This document shows, one piece after another, positions 48,401 to 62,390 of a stretch of 64,000 nucleotides of DNA. The notes under the pieces are model-generated. The model saw only the letters and a program-made list of their open reading frames with translations. It was not told the origin of the DNA and did no database searches. The DNA comes from Marsupella aquatica (taxonomy: Eukaryota > Plantae > Marchantiophyta): positions 9,921,875 to 9,985,874 of the forward strand of contig OZ316891.1 in the NCBI GenBank assembly GCA_973895155.1, in the 5' to 3' direction. Positions within the stretch are counted from its first letter, which is position 1, and each line of letters begins with the position of its first letter. A program made the translations under genes and the position numbers.

Positions 48401-51400
48401 AATGACAGAATAGCGCACCTGGGCGCGAGTGCGATAAAGAACCCCAAAGCTACCGTAAGAAGCCTCGTTTCTGGCCACTAGTGAGGAGATTTTCTTTAAA
48501 ATGTAGAGGGCCTCCTGATCCGAATCGCGACAATGGACAACTGTCACCGGTGTCCCCCTAGACTGCATACCCCAGAAAACAAGGAGTTGCACCACTCTCG
48601 TGTCAGCATGGTCCAAAGTTTGAAAGACTGCATTTTGCTTCCAATTTAACACAAGGCAATGCCCGCAAGTACTGTAGACCTAGAGTAGTTTTGTATCTGG
48701 CTCAACATGCCATTTTCCAGAATATGATGTGTTACCCTATCCAGCACATTATCATTTGCTGATATGGACTACTTTGATATAGGGTTTCAGTAGAATAGAA
48801 CTCAAAAGAACTTCTGTTACATGAAAGTAAATCTTTGGCTAAGGACTTTGCATAACTTCATGAGAAGAGAGTTACTTTATAACACATACAAAAAAACATC
48901 TAATTCAGTCTCCTGCACATTTTAAAGCTATGCAACTCATGCTAAGATAACTCTGAGGGTACTCCTCAGTCTGAAACGCAGCTGAAATTCTGAGGCTCAG
49001 ATGACTTCACGACTGCTGAGTCTGAAACTCCAACACCTTACAGATTCACTTGTCAACTGTTTGTTTACCTTCATTGGTTGTAGCTGCAAGGGTCTCAAAG
49101 ATCTAGCTGAACGACTGGACCTATTAATAACATCTGAAGCCAGTTTAAGTATGTTCTGAGATGAGCGATAGTTCCTCCGCAGCTGCAACCGGAAAGTTTG
49201 GAAGTTAAACAATAATTCCATGTTACAATTAGATGATTAGTGACAAAAATAGTTTAGGTCTTTTAAACTTTCCACAATACTCAAACCATTATCAGTCCAT
49301 GAAAAGATCCTCCTGCTGCCCATAACGACATGATTTCACTTCCGGCCAAACATTTCCTAGGAGGTTCCCAGATTCCCTTCTTCAGAAGTGAAAAGACAAC
49401 GGTCACGACATCCAGCAGCTATGAAGCCTGCCTCCGGAACGTTCATAGAAGCAGCAGATCCCTTGACGTCCATAAACCATCTGGGAGAAAAGCATAATCT
49501 AGTAAGCTAATATTGTTGGGATGTTTACCTCAAGAGTGGTCAGACCTTGAAAGTGTGTTTCCAAGTCATCCATGTTTCTGTAATCTGCACCTCTCCACCC
49601 ATAGATTGCCTGTGGGAAGTTTCGCATTGAAAAATCAGAATTCGAAATCCCTTATTTGAACATAGGATGACAAAGAGTGTCTGAGCAAGTGATTTAGAAC
49701 ATAGCAGGCACACTAGCACCTAATTATCAGAAAAATCAGCAGTCTTAATGGAGTCAGAAATAGGCCTGGACTCGAAGTAAATTCCTAGCCATACTGCTTA
49801 CGATCTGAAGACAGGGAACTAAGTACAGCAGCTCTATCGCAAAGAAATGCAGCGGAAGCCTCAAAAAGAACTACAGCAGCTAATCAGAGCAGTCATTGTT
49901 GGCGACACTTCAGGACAGAGCAATAGCCACACCTCATGAAAACCTTCTTGATGGAAATTGCCTACCCACCTGATCCACATCTCCTACTACAAACAGTTTT
50001 TGGTTTGTCGCACATAAGAGCCTGACCAGTATATACTGAGCCTGCCTCGACATGACCACGGGCATGATCAAAAATATTGCTCTACTTGACGAAAGACAGA
50101 CCGTCGACTTACCCTCCGGTCTATATTACAAAATCATGAATACACGAAACAAATAAAGATGAGTTCACTTCGAAACAAATTTTGCTACGATATTCTACCA
50201 TTTCCGAGTGAAAATTCCGCTGAACTTGTGGAAATACAAACTAAGCGCTCTGGTAAATATGAATTTAACATATACTCCTGTCGAAAACTCGGTGTTTAAT
50301 TTGCGGCAATTAATCGCAATCGCCTTACCCAGTCAGTGTCTTGGAATTCATCTGCAAGGACATACTTCCAACGGTTCTGATATTTCTGCATTTTTTCAGG
50401 AGGACCTCATTTAAATCAGTTCAATAACATCAAGAGATTGAACTGCTAGAGAATATCTGCTCCAACAACAATAGGAGTATTAAATTTCAGATTCGAAAAT
50501 AGACGGCAGAAACCTTGACGTTGGAAACCCTTGAATATACCTGGCACAACTCACTCCGTCGGTAGAGCATCCGCACAGTGAGATAAATGAGATCATCAAA
50601 ATCCACTGCATTGTAGCTCCTCAATATATTCTGGTTACTAAAAGTACAGAGTTAATATACCATCAGAAACTTTACGAGAACAACAAATCTCAAACATAAC
50701 CTTCATTTCAAGCCCTCATGTGCAAGAACAGAAATTGGCAAATGCACTGCACTGCACTGCACTGCACTGCACTGCAATGAACTATTGGCCCAAAACACAA
50801 TTGCCTAGCACATATTTCAACTTCCAAAAAACTGCATCGATGATGACACATTTACCTGATAGCGCTTGAACACTGGCAGGGCAGATTTCAAAAATGGTGG
50901 TAATGTGGGGACCTTGTGCAGTTGATTCTGTTTCGCCAAAAAAGTCTTCATTTCATATTTCTTTATTTGGGCGATACAATTATAACTGTTCTGAATAGCT
51001 CGGATGTCAACCTTCTTCTTCTGCTTTTTGTCTGTTGCCTTTTCATCACCTTCTTCGGAATTCAAACTCGGAGTCTTTGTCCATTCCTGATCTAGCTGTT
51101 CAAAAGTTCGGAAGAGGAAACTCGTGTCATGCCAATTCCGTTTCCAAGAGACGTGTGGATTTTAGTCGTAAGAAACACAATTAAGGTATCTAAATGGGAA
51201 GTCGCGAGCCTGTAAACACCGATTTTATAGTTGGTTCAATGTGAAATGCCCGTAAGCAACATTAAAATACAGAGCAGGATGGACGTTGCCATACCGTTTC
51301 CAAGGCTTTTTTAATTACTTTAAGAGAATCCTGGGTATCGTAGATAACGAACTCTCTGTCAACACCAAAATCTTCCTTGCTCATGCTCTCCCGCAGCATT

Positions 51401-52421
51401 CTAACACAAACACTGTGAAAAGTCCCTACCTGAGCGACCAACCAAAAAAAACAATGTGTCAACGGACGTAAGAGAAGAGAGCAGAACATTTAAGAACCCA
51501 TCTGAATCTACAATGGGGTCACACCTGGAGGTACTTCATCTTTCCTATTTTGCCTGATTAACGTAAATCCTCTATTGTGGAATGTATCAGTGTAAGTTAT
51601 TAAATCCTGCCTCACCGAAAAACGTTTTCTCTGGTCTGAAGCTCAACGGAAACAGTCAAGTAGGTGTTCGTACCGTAAGCTTGGAAGATCTGTCACCAAG
51701 AAGCATTCCAAGCCTCTCTTGTAATTCGTTTTTGGCCTTGTTCGTGAAAGTTAAGCACTGCTCACAAACGAACAACGCAATTATGTCCCATAGGAAGTTT
51801 TTAGAACACGTTGACTTTGGAAATTCCTAAAAGCACCTTCCTTGATTGAATGCGAGCGAAATGATAGGAAATTGTAAAATTTAAAACACAAAGACATGCA
51901 AGTCAAAGACATGCAAGGTGTCGGGAGGAGGCGATAATTCCTTCAAATTCACAAGTGAGACATGATGGGAATGATGGGGACCATAATGCACATGAGTTTC
52001 AATGGTACACGCATCTTCTATAACTCACCAGCATTTTCGAAGGGTCTACACCCCGGTTCTCAATAAGGTGGGCAATGCGGTGAGTGAGAACAAGGGTTTT
52101 TCCAGAACCAGGGCCAGCTACCAGTCTCACGCAGTCTTCTTCCGTTTGCACCGCTGCCATTTGCTCGGCATTCAGTTGATGAAATGCAGATCTTGTGATC
52201 AGCTGAGACTGGGTTCTGGAGGCTCTACAGGGAAACGAGAGTACGTTGTACAACGATTTCCTCACTGGGGCAAAATAGTGGAGACCGACAATCCCGGTAA
52301 AGTTCTTAAAAAGGGAGCCGCTGCTGCTCCTGGACACAGGGTTGAATAGTTTCACTGCGGTCCAATTGCAGCCCCACATCGCAACAGGGTGGAGAGCAAT
52401 GGTGGACCCGCAGCTCGTCAT
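45495..52421 (-). CDS. UvrD/PcrA-type SF1A DNA helicase, multi-exon, with N-terminal extension
   Basis: [67 protein letters not shown]...[32 protein letters not shown] and SRFL; stop TGA at 45495-97. The start ATG 52421 is tentative. Confidence 0.94.
50743..50776. repeat. (TGCAC)n microsatellite in a helicase intron
   Basis: tgcactgcactgcactgcactgcactgcactgca. Confidence 0.9.
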
Positions 52422-53556
52422 TCTCAGGTGCACAATTTACTCAATCTTCTCCATAATCCCAGAAAGCCTGACGAATTGAATCCGTTCAAGCTGCTGTACT
52501 CGAACGTACAGACCAAGAGAATGCGTGAGCGCTACAAAAGTACCAAGCAATCAAAACCGCCAACAAATATGATCTCCTTCAATTCTTTCCGCTCCTCAGG
52601 TCCAAATCAATCAAACCCATTCCAGTCTCATCTGATTTCCGTGAACAAGGCCAGAACCAGAGAATCGGTCGGCCACGAAATTCACCATTGAGCCAGCCCA
52701 GATAAACTTGGCTTCTTGCGAGCCGTTTCTTGTGACAGCATCCATCACCTGTGAATTTGCACGTTGGAAGTTAGAACCTAATAGCGCCCGAGAGGCTGTC
52801 CAGGATGATAAAACCTGCTGATTACTCTGATAATTGGGACTGCCCAAAGCCCCTTCGTGCGAAGAAGATAAGAATGACGAACACGACGCCAGACAGAATT
52901 CAGATTCAAGACTCGGTTCTCACGGAAAGGCTTCGTACAGCACAGTAACCGAAACAGAAGATGGAAGAGAGAGAAACGGAAACATTAAACGAAAACAGGA
53001 AACGAAGACGGGAAAGGGGCGTTTCGAGGGTTTAGGGTTTTTGATCAAGATTGCACTTCTTGGAAAGATTATGTTCCCCGCGCATGCAGAAGGGATTAAT
53101 TTATACATTAGGCAATTAGCAATTAATGTATCTAAAGTAATCATATGGCATTCAAAGAATCTTGGAGTTTATGTTTAAAGTGTTGGAGTTTATGTTTAAA
53201 GTGAAGTCTCTAGACACTCTAGGGCGTAACCTTTAAACTGGGGTGTGAGTTTAAAATGGGAATTGTCGGAAAGTCATAAGAAAACATTTGAATCTGAATT
53301 GGTCACAGTGACTATTGTCATATTTCATAATGGTCCTATTTTAAATATAGTCCTATTTTAAATGGAAATATTTAACCATGGAAATATATTTTTCACAAAA
53401 CCTATGTTGTCCTTGCTCTACACATGTAAAAAATAATGAGTAGTCAAGCTTGTGCCTAAAATACCCATAGAAATTCACAAAATTACCCTTGCAAATTACA
53501 CACCAATTGAATTTGGGGAATTTTGTGAGGTTGAACAAGTCCTATACCCCCCAAGA

Positions 53557-53901
53557 TGTTAGGCATTTACTCTTAGTCTAGGGTTACACTATAACTGTAG
53601 TTAGGGCTTACCCTAGTCGCATACTAGGTTAGGTTAACTAGGTTGGTGCACACTATATGTCAAGCGGTGTTTGCTTGGATAGGAAGAACTCAGATTCATT
53701 GTTATAAAGCCAAATGAGAGATAGAGAGATTTTGTATTGCAGAGACTCAGTATGGCCGACGGGCTTAGAGTGCAATAAAGCTCTCGTGTGTTCTCGTGAA
53801 GAAGCCTCAAGCTGAGATGAACCACGTATCTCTTTGTGTCGACTATTTGTGTGTTGGATGGTTCATGGTCTTATCGTTACGATTGTTGTCTATGCTCAAA
53901 A
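53557..53901 (+). mobile_element. Solo/degenerate LTR of the same family as 32619..32962
   Basis: Colinear throughout (tgttag.catttactcttagtcta ... caagcggtgtttgctt ... gccgacggg.ctagagtgca ... agcctcaagctgag); 3' end reads ctcaaaa; no TSD or PBS seen. Confidence 0.85.
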
Positions 53902-54748
53902 ATACCCATGGAACTGAACGAGACTCACAGGACACTATCCCACACCTGTATGGACGTGACTCAAAAATGGGGGGCAGACTGCAGGGATGAGGGGCCCCAA
54001 GAAGTCCTTTGCAAAAGAACGGGACGCGTTGGGTACTTTTTCCCCATCCGGAGTCTTTTGTTCCCGCTTTTGTTGACAAGCAGTTGCAGAACCGCTCTAA
54101 AGCCCATCAATTTATTGCACACAATGAAAAGGAACCAAAGAGCCGTACTAGGGGCCACAATTGCAAGCGGACAGGGATATCGGAGCGGGTGTGAGAGAGT
54201 GCCCAACGCAGCTTAGAGGTGTGTCGCAACCCCATCAGTTATCAGTCACCTTTATCACCTATTAATCTGCCCCAGCAGTCGTTTGTGTATGGAATCCTCC
54301 TAGTCAGCAAGGCTATTGAGATTACTCAACCCAACTGCCAAGTTGAATAATGGAACTCAACAAGGTTAGGTGAACTGAGTTTTCCCTGAAAATGTGCACA
54401 CTAGGAGGCAGCTGAGTGAAAAAAGGCTCAGTCCAGTGGACATTTCCTAGCTGGTGAGGGCATCGAGAGAAAAATCATTCAACAAGGCCAGCCGGGATAA
54501 ATTTTGGCTGATGAGAGTGCTTGATAGCATTTTCTAATTTCAGCATGACCACTCAGTAACTGAAGGGAACTTCTCATAAGTGACCAGATTTAAAATCTCG
54601 ATCAGCCCAGAGAAGCACTAAAACAAAGCTAAGAGGCTGTGCCCCAAAGTACAAGGCATGCATGTCCAGAGACTTTTGATGGAACTTGGAGATATTTATG
54701 TCTTTTTCTGAAATGTTCAAAAGTTCAGGAGATTCTTCATAAGATATA

Positions 54749-54990
54749 GATACTTCTTTGGGTGCAATTTATGAGCACTTTACTGAAGATTAAATGACTG
54801 TTGATTTCTGAGACTTCTTTAGATCCAATTATGAGCATTTTAGGGAAAGGTTTAATGACTTGATTTCTGATACTTCTTTACGTCCAATTGATGAGCACTT
54901 TAGAGAAAGGCTGAATGATTCATATTTGATCCTTCATTACGTCCAATTGATGAGCACTTTAAGGAAAGGCTTAATGACTGTTAATTTCTT
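54749..54990. repeat. ~58-60 bp tandem repeat x4
   Basis: cttc.tt...tccaatt.atgagcacttta...aaagg.ttaatga repeated. Confidence 0.85.
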
Positions 54991-56548
54991 CATAATTGTC
55001 CTGCAAATTTGAAAATTGAAGCCAGATGTACTCCATATTTGCCCAAAGGCTTGGATAGATTTTTGCAACCCTGATAGACTCCATTTCTTGAGATGTGCCT
55101 TGGATGAGTTCCATGTGCCGGAACTTTGACGGCTGTCCATGCACGTATTTTCCATACATAGTATAGTCTATCACCCTAATTTTTGGATTAGGTTGTTTTC
55201 AATTTATTGAAGAATGATTCGTAAGTAGAATTGAGTGCAAGTGGACTACTCAGAATTCAGAAGAAACAATTTCTTCCTTGAGTTCTTTCTCCAAAATGTA
55301 GCCTGGGTTTTCATTAAGTGGCTAGCTTGAAGAGTTATTACAAAACTCAGCCCAGATTATGGGTTCTATCCAATCCCAGAAAATACCCTATCCAAAATAA
55401 TTTGTTGGTATCTTCAGGAAATGAAAAGAATGGCAAATTCTCTGCCTGTTTAGAAAGTGATTCTTGCCAGTTATTGGAAAATCCTGAAGACAACTATTAG
55501 ATCTGGTGGATAGACTCTTGGACTAGAGAAGTATTTGATGAATTGTCATTTCATTTCTTTTGTTTCAATCACATGGCACATTTTGAGTAGGGATTTGGTA
55601 CATATGCACCCCGAAAGAATGATTGCTTCCATCAATTCCCTCTCAAAACTTAACATGTTTGTCATTCTTCAGATTTGTTGATATGTATTGCTGTAGGGCA
55701 TACTATATGCATTGCCGCATGAAACTCCACATATCATACTACCATAACTAATCCCTCCTTATATGATATATTTGTACCCAAAATCCACACCCCTTACAAT
55801 GTTTTGGCACACCTTTTCAGGGCCAAACCAACTCCCATAAACCATGCGCTTTGTTCCCCACATTTGTCCAAGAAGATCTTCCTTACCATAGTTGTCAGAC
55901 TGAATGATTATGGAGAATGATAATGAACATGTGAGAACTTGCAAGGCTCTGAATTGGGTTAATTTATCATCCATACAGAATTTTATAATTTCCTCAAGTT
56001 AGTTAAATCTGATCACTCAATCTCCATGACATGCCCACATATAAATCTCATTGCTAAGCCCATTCACACATAATGGGGAGATTATGTGTATAGGACCTGT
56101 CGTCACTTTCAAACATTTAAAAACATGAACATTTTGCCCCTTTTGTAAGAATTATTTGACATTTTTGACCTTTATATTGCAGCATGGTAACAAGTTTTCA
56201 AATTAGGCTTTTATATTCTAACTTCCCGAGACAAAGATAAAGGATGCCAGTTTATAATTGAGTACTAACAGTCATAATCACATCCCTCCACAATATGCCT
56301 AGCCTTCAAATTTTAGGATTTTGATCAAAATCTTGTGTGTCTGAAGATAAATTTTGATACAAGTTTTCTCTATGTCCTTGCAACAATACTACACATCTTA
56401 CAAAAATTAATTAACATTGATGGGTGCCTCACAATGAACCGGACAATGAATGGTTGTGTCATTTCACAATGTCGTAGACCTTATCATTCACTGAAGAAGA
56501 AGAATAGGCAGGCTTGAGTGTACCATCTTCAATTTACATTGCACATCC

Positions 56549-59486
56549 ATGGTGAAACAAAGGGGAAGACTGAAAGCCAAAAGGCAAAGGAGAAAACTGA
56601 ACCAACTGCAAAGAAGGTTAGCTGATGCTGCAAGAATTCAAAAAGACAAATGCCCAAAATCTAAAAAAACTTGGCAGCATCCAAAGAAGAGATGCAGTCA
56701 AAGACAAAATCTAAAGAAATTGGTTGATTATCAAGCAGACAATCTTCTTTATGAGATCCCAGACCAGGGAGGCTCAAAACATAGACTCAATAGCAAGTTC
56801 AAGCAAAGGCGGGCAAGTTCCAAACCAATTGTGACTTTTACAGAGAAGCTTGCACCTAGAAATGGGGAAAACGCCTTCAACCATGATGGAGGTCCCAACA
56901 ATGGTTTCCAATTTGATCTCAACCATGGTAGAGTGGATGTACCACAAGTTTTGAATAACTTGGGTGTAACCAATTTACAATATGAACTTGAACCTGGAGT
57001 TTGGCGGGCTCTTACAAGGCTCTCATCCGGGGAGAGCATTGATAAATTCCAAAACAAACAACAAGTTTATTTCCGAGTCGATGGAAGCACGGCAAATCGT
57101 GGAGGTGGTGTAACTATCCACCTCGTTTTCTACTTGCTTCAAATCAGTAGAGGGTACTGGTACTACAGTTCTTTAACTTAGATATCTCTTGTGACTGAAA
57201 AGTAATCACCTGTAGTATGCAAATGCTAGTGTAATTTCCTGACCCTCTTCCTCCTGTCATATAAACATTAAAAATATTGAATTCACTAGATGTGTTTGGA
57301 AATTAGGTGCAGAGAGAGGATGATTTTGGCCTGAGTTTCTGACCATGCTTGTGCCAAAGTATTCAAAATTTTGTCATTGAATTGGTCATTAGATTCTTTG
57401 GCCCTCCATCCCACCAATAGATAACCTTATAGACTTAATGTTGCCTTATAAAATGTAACCTAAAGAATGTTGCACAATATGGATTGGAAATAACCACGAT
57501 AATAATCAATAGCCAGGTCTGGAGCAAAAATGTATGTAGTAGTGGAAAGGTACCCATTGAAATATGCTGATAATATTTTCCTGGCAAACCCATTTGCTAA
57601 CACCTGGTCCATGACTTTGCAAGTTTTCTGGATCATGTTTAACTTAAAATTTTAATCAAGTAATTGGAAAAATACATTGCCACAAGAACACAAACCGGAG
57701 CTTCACTGGTATCAAATTTCTATATCTGTTTGAATTAATTTTAAGTAAGAAACCCTTAATCACCATTTGTTTCAAGGGATACAAGCGGCTATCTTTGACA
57801 GATATGGATGTAGTTATAAACTTGCCTCATATTTTCTTGTCCTTATTATAAGACACGAGCCTGAATCACCATTCTTTGAATGTAAACAGAAATCATTAAA
57901 AAATCATGTATGATCATCATTTGATATACATCGTATGACATCTTTCTTTACATCCATATGGTGGCGCCTTTAGAGTCATGGCCTAGAGGCTTCACTCTAG
58001 AAGCCTAGACCCCAACTCTAGCTTCCCATTGCGATTTATTAGTAAGATACAATACAATCTCACCTTGAGGAAAACTCAGCATTGTAGAGTAATATCTCTT
58101 AATATTCATAGGGAACACAAACTTCATGGGGGCTAGACATGTTCTTCTCCACCTGATGATGCAAATGTCAAACAAGGTCCTTTTCTCCAGCCACAATATG
58201 GAGGTGGAAGGTGTAGCTAGTGCATTCAATATATAAGATCCAAGCATGTATATGCCCTACATACTATACCCCCACTGTTGGCCATTGTAACTAGATGCAC
58301 CATGATGACCAAGCATTGGATTATTTTGGCAATTTTCAGGAAGTTCTTAACCATAACTTAAAACTAACATCACAAGATCCTTGACTAGAAGTTTAAAAAC
58401 TCATAGCAGTTTCTGTGGTGCCTAAGAATCATAGAAACAAAGAGATTCAATGAATCGTGATGATAGTAGTAACAATACTTAAACACCATCCATAAACATT
58501 GTCAATAATCACACCTCACAATTGCTAGATTTATATATCACTCTTGATTAGATCTAGGCCTGGATCTGCAATGTTTCTTGAACTCCCATAGGTAATATCA
58601 TGTTTCTTACCTTGCTAAAAATGCAGCCAGGAAAGATTACAATTGGGTAGATAGTTGGTTGATCGAGGGCGATACAGAGGAGGCTTACAATGCTAGAGTC
58701 AGTAGAATTGTGCAAAAAACTGGGAAAGGAAGGATTGGAGTGGGAACTATGGTTAGAGTGAAGACCCCACTCATCCCTGGGCTTATGTTAACATGTCGCC
58801 ATTGTGTGGAACTTAATGATAATGGGGCAATTAATCAAAAATTGCTAGCCTTTGGGGGACCTGTCACTGTCTTGTATGTCTCCAATAAGTATGACATTGC
58901 GCTTTGTGAGGGTCCCCCTGGACCTGATGGGTTCCGTTTGGCTACGGAGGGGGAGGAAGTGAAGAGTCAAGAAATTCGCATGCTCTCATTCCCTTGGCAT
59001 GTGGATTTGGTTTATGGGCTTTTTGAGGATGTGGGACCAACCCAAGTGCATGGTAATGTGTGCATGTTTAGTCCCGAAGCGTGTGAAATGCCAATGGAAG
59101 TGGATGCCCTTGGCACTTATATGGGAGGTTTTCCTGCCAGCTCTGGAGGGGCAGTGACACTAAATTCCAAGGTGTTATGTGGCATCCATGTGGGAGTTAT
59201 ATGGCATGACAAAGATGAACTAAGCATGCCCCTTGTGCTAGGCTCTAAAGGACATGTTGAGCCCCATAAAAATACATTTCATATGCAATTGTGTGGAAGG
59301 AGAAGGAAGCTCGATCATGACAAAAATAATTCCACTATTTCTAATAGTAGTGGACCCCCACAAATACCTCGTGATTATTGTTCAAGTTCGCATGGATACT
59401 TAGCAACTTATGTGTCATCAAGTCACATCGAGGAAGCATTTCAAGACTACCTTGGAATGCTAAGCTCAAGGAGAGAGCAATACTGA
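56549..59486 (+). CDS. Putative two-exon gene: basic N-terminus + unknown ~75-aa domain + trypsin-like (Trypsin_2) serine protease
   Basis: Second ORF has MLTCRHCV (His), KYDIAL (Asp) and FPASSGGAV (Ser), then LCGIHVG, and lacks an early ATG. The acceptor tgcag|CC at 58626 is phase 1, compatible with phase-1 donors near 57104-57107 of ORF 56549..57181. The protease call is solid; the exon join is inferred. Confidence 0.65.
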
Positions 59487-61959
59487 TCAATTCAACAAAG
59501 AGTACTAGTCAGTCATGTAAATAGTAAGCCAAGGACATTGTTTACTTCAGGATTGGTTAGCTTCGTCATTTAACAACAAGACAATTCCATGTTCCTTTTG
59601 CAATCTAGACATTGTGGGAAGATATTGTGGGAAGATATTGTGGGAAATTCCCTTCTTTGTATGAAAACAATCAAATCTACAATACAATGCTGTTCACGGT
59701 AATTAGTGTTACTCACACTATTCGAGAACATCTAATTTTGGGCTCTCCTTAAGAATTAGTGTTGCTCACGTTAATTGAATTCATTATAACACTATTTATG
59801 TGTGCATGAATTAATGTTACTTTGGACTGAAGAGGGGAGAATAGTGGAACAAAACTATTTTGAAAAATTGACAATAATTAGTGATACTTGGACTCAAGAT
59901 AGTGTTTCACCATATTTGTAGTAACAGTCATTCTTGCATAACACTGATTACCTCAATAACCGATGCCTTTGGGAGGGGCACAATAGTTGTCCTATGTTCT
60001 CAGTGAGCTGGTGGCTTATTTAGAAACCAAGCACTCCTCTTAACTTGCTCATGTTCTTTTAGCAGAATGATACTAGTAAAGAAATAATCATGTCCATGAA
60101 GTCCCCATTGCATTCAAAATGCCTGGATCTCCTTTAGCAACCCCAATGGAACCTAGTAAACATTTAAATGTACTGTCTATCATTGTTTAATTAACTATAG
60201 GAGGTGAAGTAGAGCAAGGAGCGGGTAGTGAGAATAATACATGTAAGGGAATATACCGGATCGGAGGTAGTCCAGAGGGATAAAAGACATGATAGCGCAA
60301 TGGAGGATGGAGGATGATGGCCGACTCACAAAGGAACGATAATATCATCCACAGGTTGATATGCATGTTGAGTACTTTGTAGATACAATATTTGTTGGTC
60401 AAGGACCTGGTTACTATTTTTCCAGGAACTACAGTCATCTTTCTAAAAGTGCACACAATGTGGAAGAAGCATCCGGGTTGCACTAAACGAGGCTTTGCAC
60501 TCCATAGTAAGTGGAAACTGCTAGAATTGTGCACTTACAGATAAGAGTGTCTGGTTTACATCTTTTGTTAGATGTGCAATTATCCTTCGTTACGGAACGG
60601 TCTCGTGGCTCCCACCTAAGTACACTTTTTACTCTACTAGGAATGCCATGCACTTCTTGGTAAGTGATATTTGATGGGATTGTGCACGTATTGATACATA
60701 TTCATGTACACTTATCAAGGGCTTGCACATAAAAGTTGTCATTTGGTAGAAGCATTCAGCCTGGTTTGCACTTACTGTAAGAAAAGAGAAAGAATGGGAT
60801 ATCTTGCAGTTAGCCAGGTTTTACACTTAAGGAGTGTGCAATTAGAGTGAAACAGCTGTATTTGCTAAAATGGGGCTCCATTTTAAATCTTTTGCTACCA
60901 TAGGATTCCTAAGCTTTGATAGGATCACATAAACAGGCATTTGAAGTAGGATGATATGGATTTACTTTACAAAATCTTGCCTTCACACAAATTGGATTAT
61001 GGGATCTCATCCTAGATATACAATCTGATCACTTTGATTGTATCTAGGTCAAGTTGGCTAACTTAGATTCAAGGAGAACTTCCTCTTCTTTGTCTGAAAG
61101 CAAGTCAGCATGGACCTCTACGTTTGCCCACAATGGTCCCATGAATTTGTGCAACTCTTATAGACCTCATTTTACTTTACTCACAATCAAACATACTTTA
61201 TTGTTACTGTAATTAGTCCATACTGGTCGGGATGCTGGTCACATGGTTTCTATCTAGGGTCTAATGGGAGCATGAAGCTCTTGTCTGAATTTGCTATGTA
61301 ATCTCCATAAATACTCGAGGGACAATTATGGACTATCTGAGTTTGCGCATGCTCATGAGGCAACTGATCAAGTTTACTCTTTACCTTTCAAAATATAGGC
61401 CAATGAATTAAATATTACCTGTCGTTTGTTTTCAAAACCAGTGTATGCCCTCATACGTCAATGTTTTAGGTTAAGAATGCTTAGAATATTATTAAATATG
61501 CATCCCTAACTTTTTTTCGAAAGTTTCACAAACCCTACCTAAAATGTTGTCACACCACTAAATTTTTCTGTATTTAGGTTTTATTGCCTTAGGTCATGTT
61601 TTATTGGCAGCTTGACAGCCAGGCGACGGTAGATTAGAAGAATCCAACGGCCAAATCGACAATCTCGACAATAATAATGTGGCTGTTTCCAAGCAAACAC
61701 GTATCAACCCTAGTATCATCATCATAGAAACTCCGTATTGATTACTATACTGTAGTCGAACAAATGATGCGTACCTGTCTAGGTACGTACTTCGATCTTA
61801 CGTACGTTAGCACGGCCCCGCCTGACTGCCCGAGCAACAAAAAAGCCACCCCTCAATAATGAGTCAGCAGTCCGGTCAGCAGCCCGGTCAGCGGAGGTCA
61901 TTTTCGTCTGGACTGCTGCCCGCTGCGAGCGAAGAGCGCAAACTCCTGTATTCACTCAA

Positions 61960-62390
61960 TCTCTCGACTCCTCTTTCTCTTCTCGTCCTTCAGTCCTTTC
62001 GAGAATCTCCTCTCTCTCTCTCTCGTCTCTCGTCTCTCCTCTAGCCTCTCCTCTCCTCTCCTCGCCACTCTGTGCGGCGTTTGAGAGATCGAGTCGTCGT
62101 CGTCGTAGAGCAAGATCTCGTGGGGCTCATGTCATTTCTTCTGACTTGCTCGCTCGTCCTTCAGTACTTCGCCTGATCCCCTCTCTCTCCTCTCTCTGCG
62201 GCCGTCGAGCGATCGAGTCGTCGTCGAGCAGAGACCTCGTGGTTTCATTTTATTGTTCTGCTCGAAAGCACCACCGACTGACGACTGAGTGGCCTAGGCT
62301 AGGCTACGCTTGGCTAGGCTCGACTGGACTGGACTGGACTGGAGTAGACTATAGTAGAGTAGGGTAGAGTAGAGGAGAGAGAAGTGCGCG
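61960..62390 (+). promoter_or_regulatory. CT/GA-rich and (TCG)n core promoter / 5' leader region of the transporter gene
   Basis: Long ctctct tracts, tcgtcgtcg runs, pentamer repeats (ctagg, actgg) and a ~55-bp duplication (~62048 and ~62193), about 1.4 kb upstream of ATG 63404. Confidence 0.5.

Noticed and set aside
32619-53901. The two LTRs as ends of one 21-kb retrotransposon
   Set aside because: The first LTR has its own TSD on both sides, the copies are diverged, and the interval holds ordinary host genes with no gag/pol or PBS.
53836-54216. Overlapping ORFs after the second LTR as a possible gag remnant
   Set aside because: No PBS and no gag, protease or RT motifs recognisable.
54749-55174. 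Tandem repeat as the coding repeat of adjacent minus-strand ORFs
   Set aside because: Unit length varies (58-60 bp) and the array contains multiple stops.
60187-60534. 115-aa ORF as a transposase remnant
   Set aside because: No identifiable domain motif in any frame I read.
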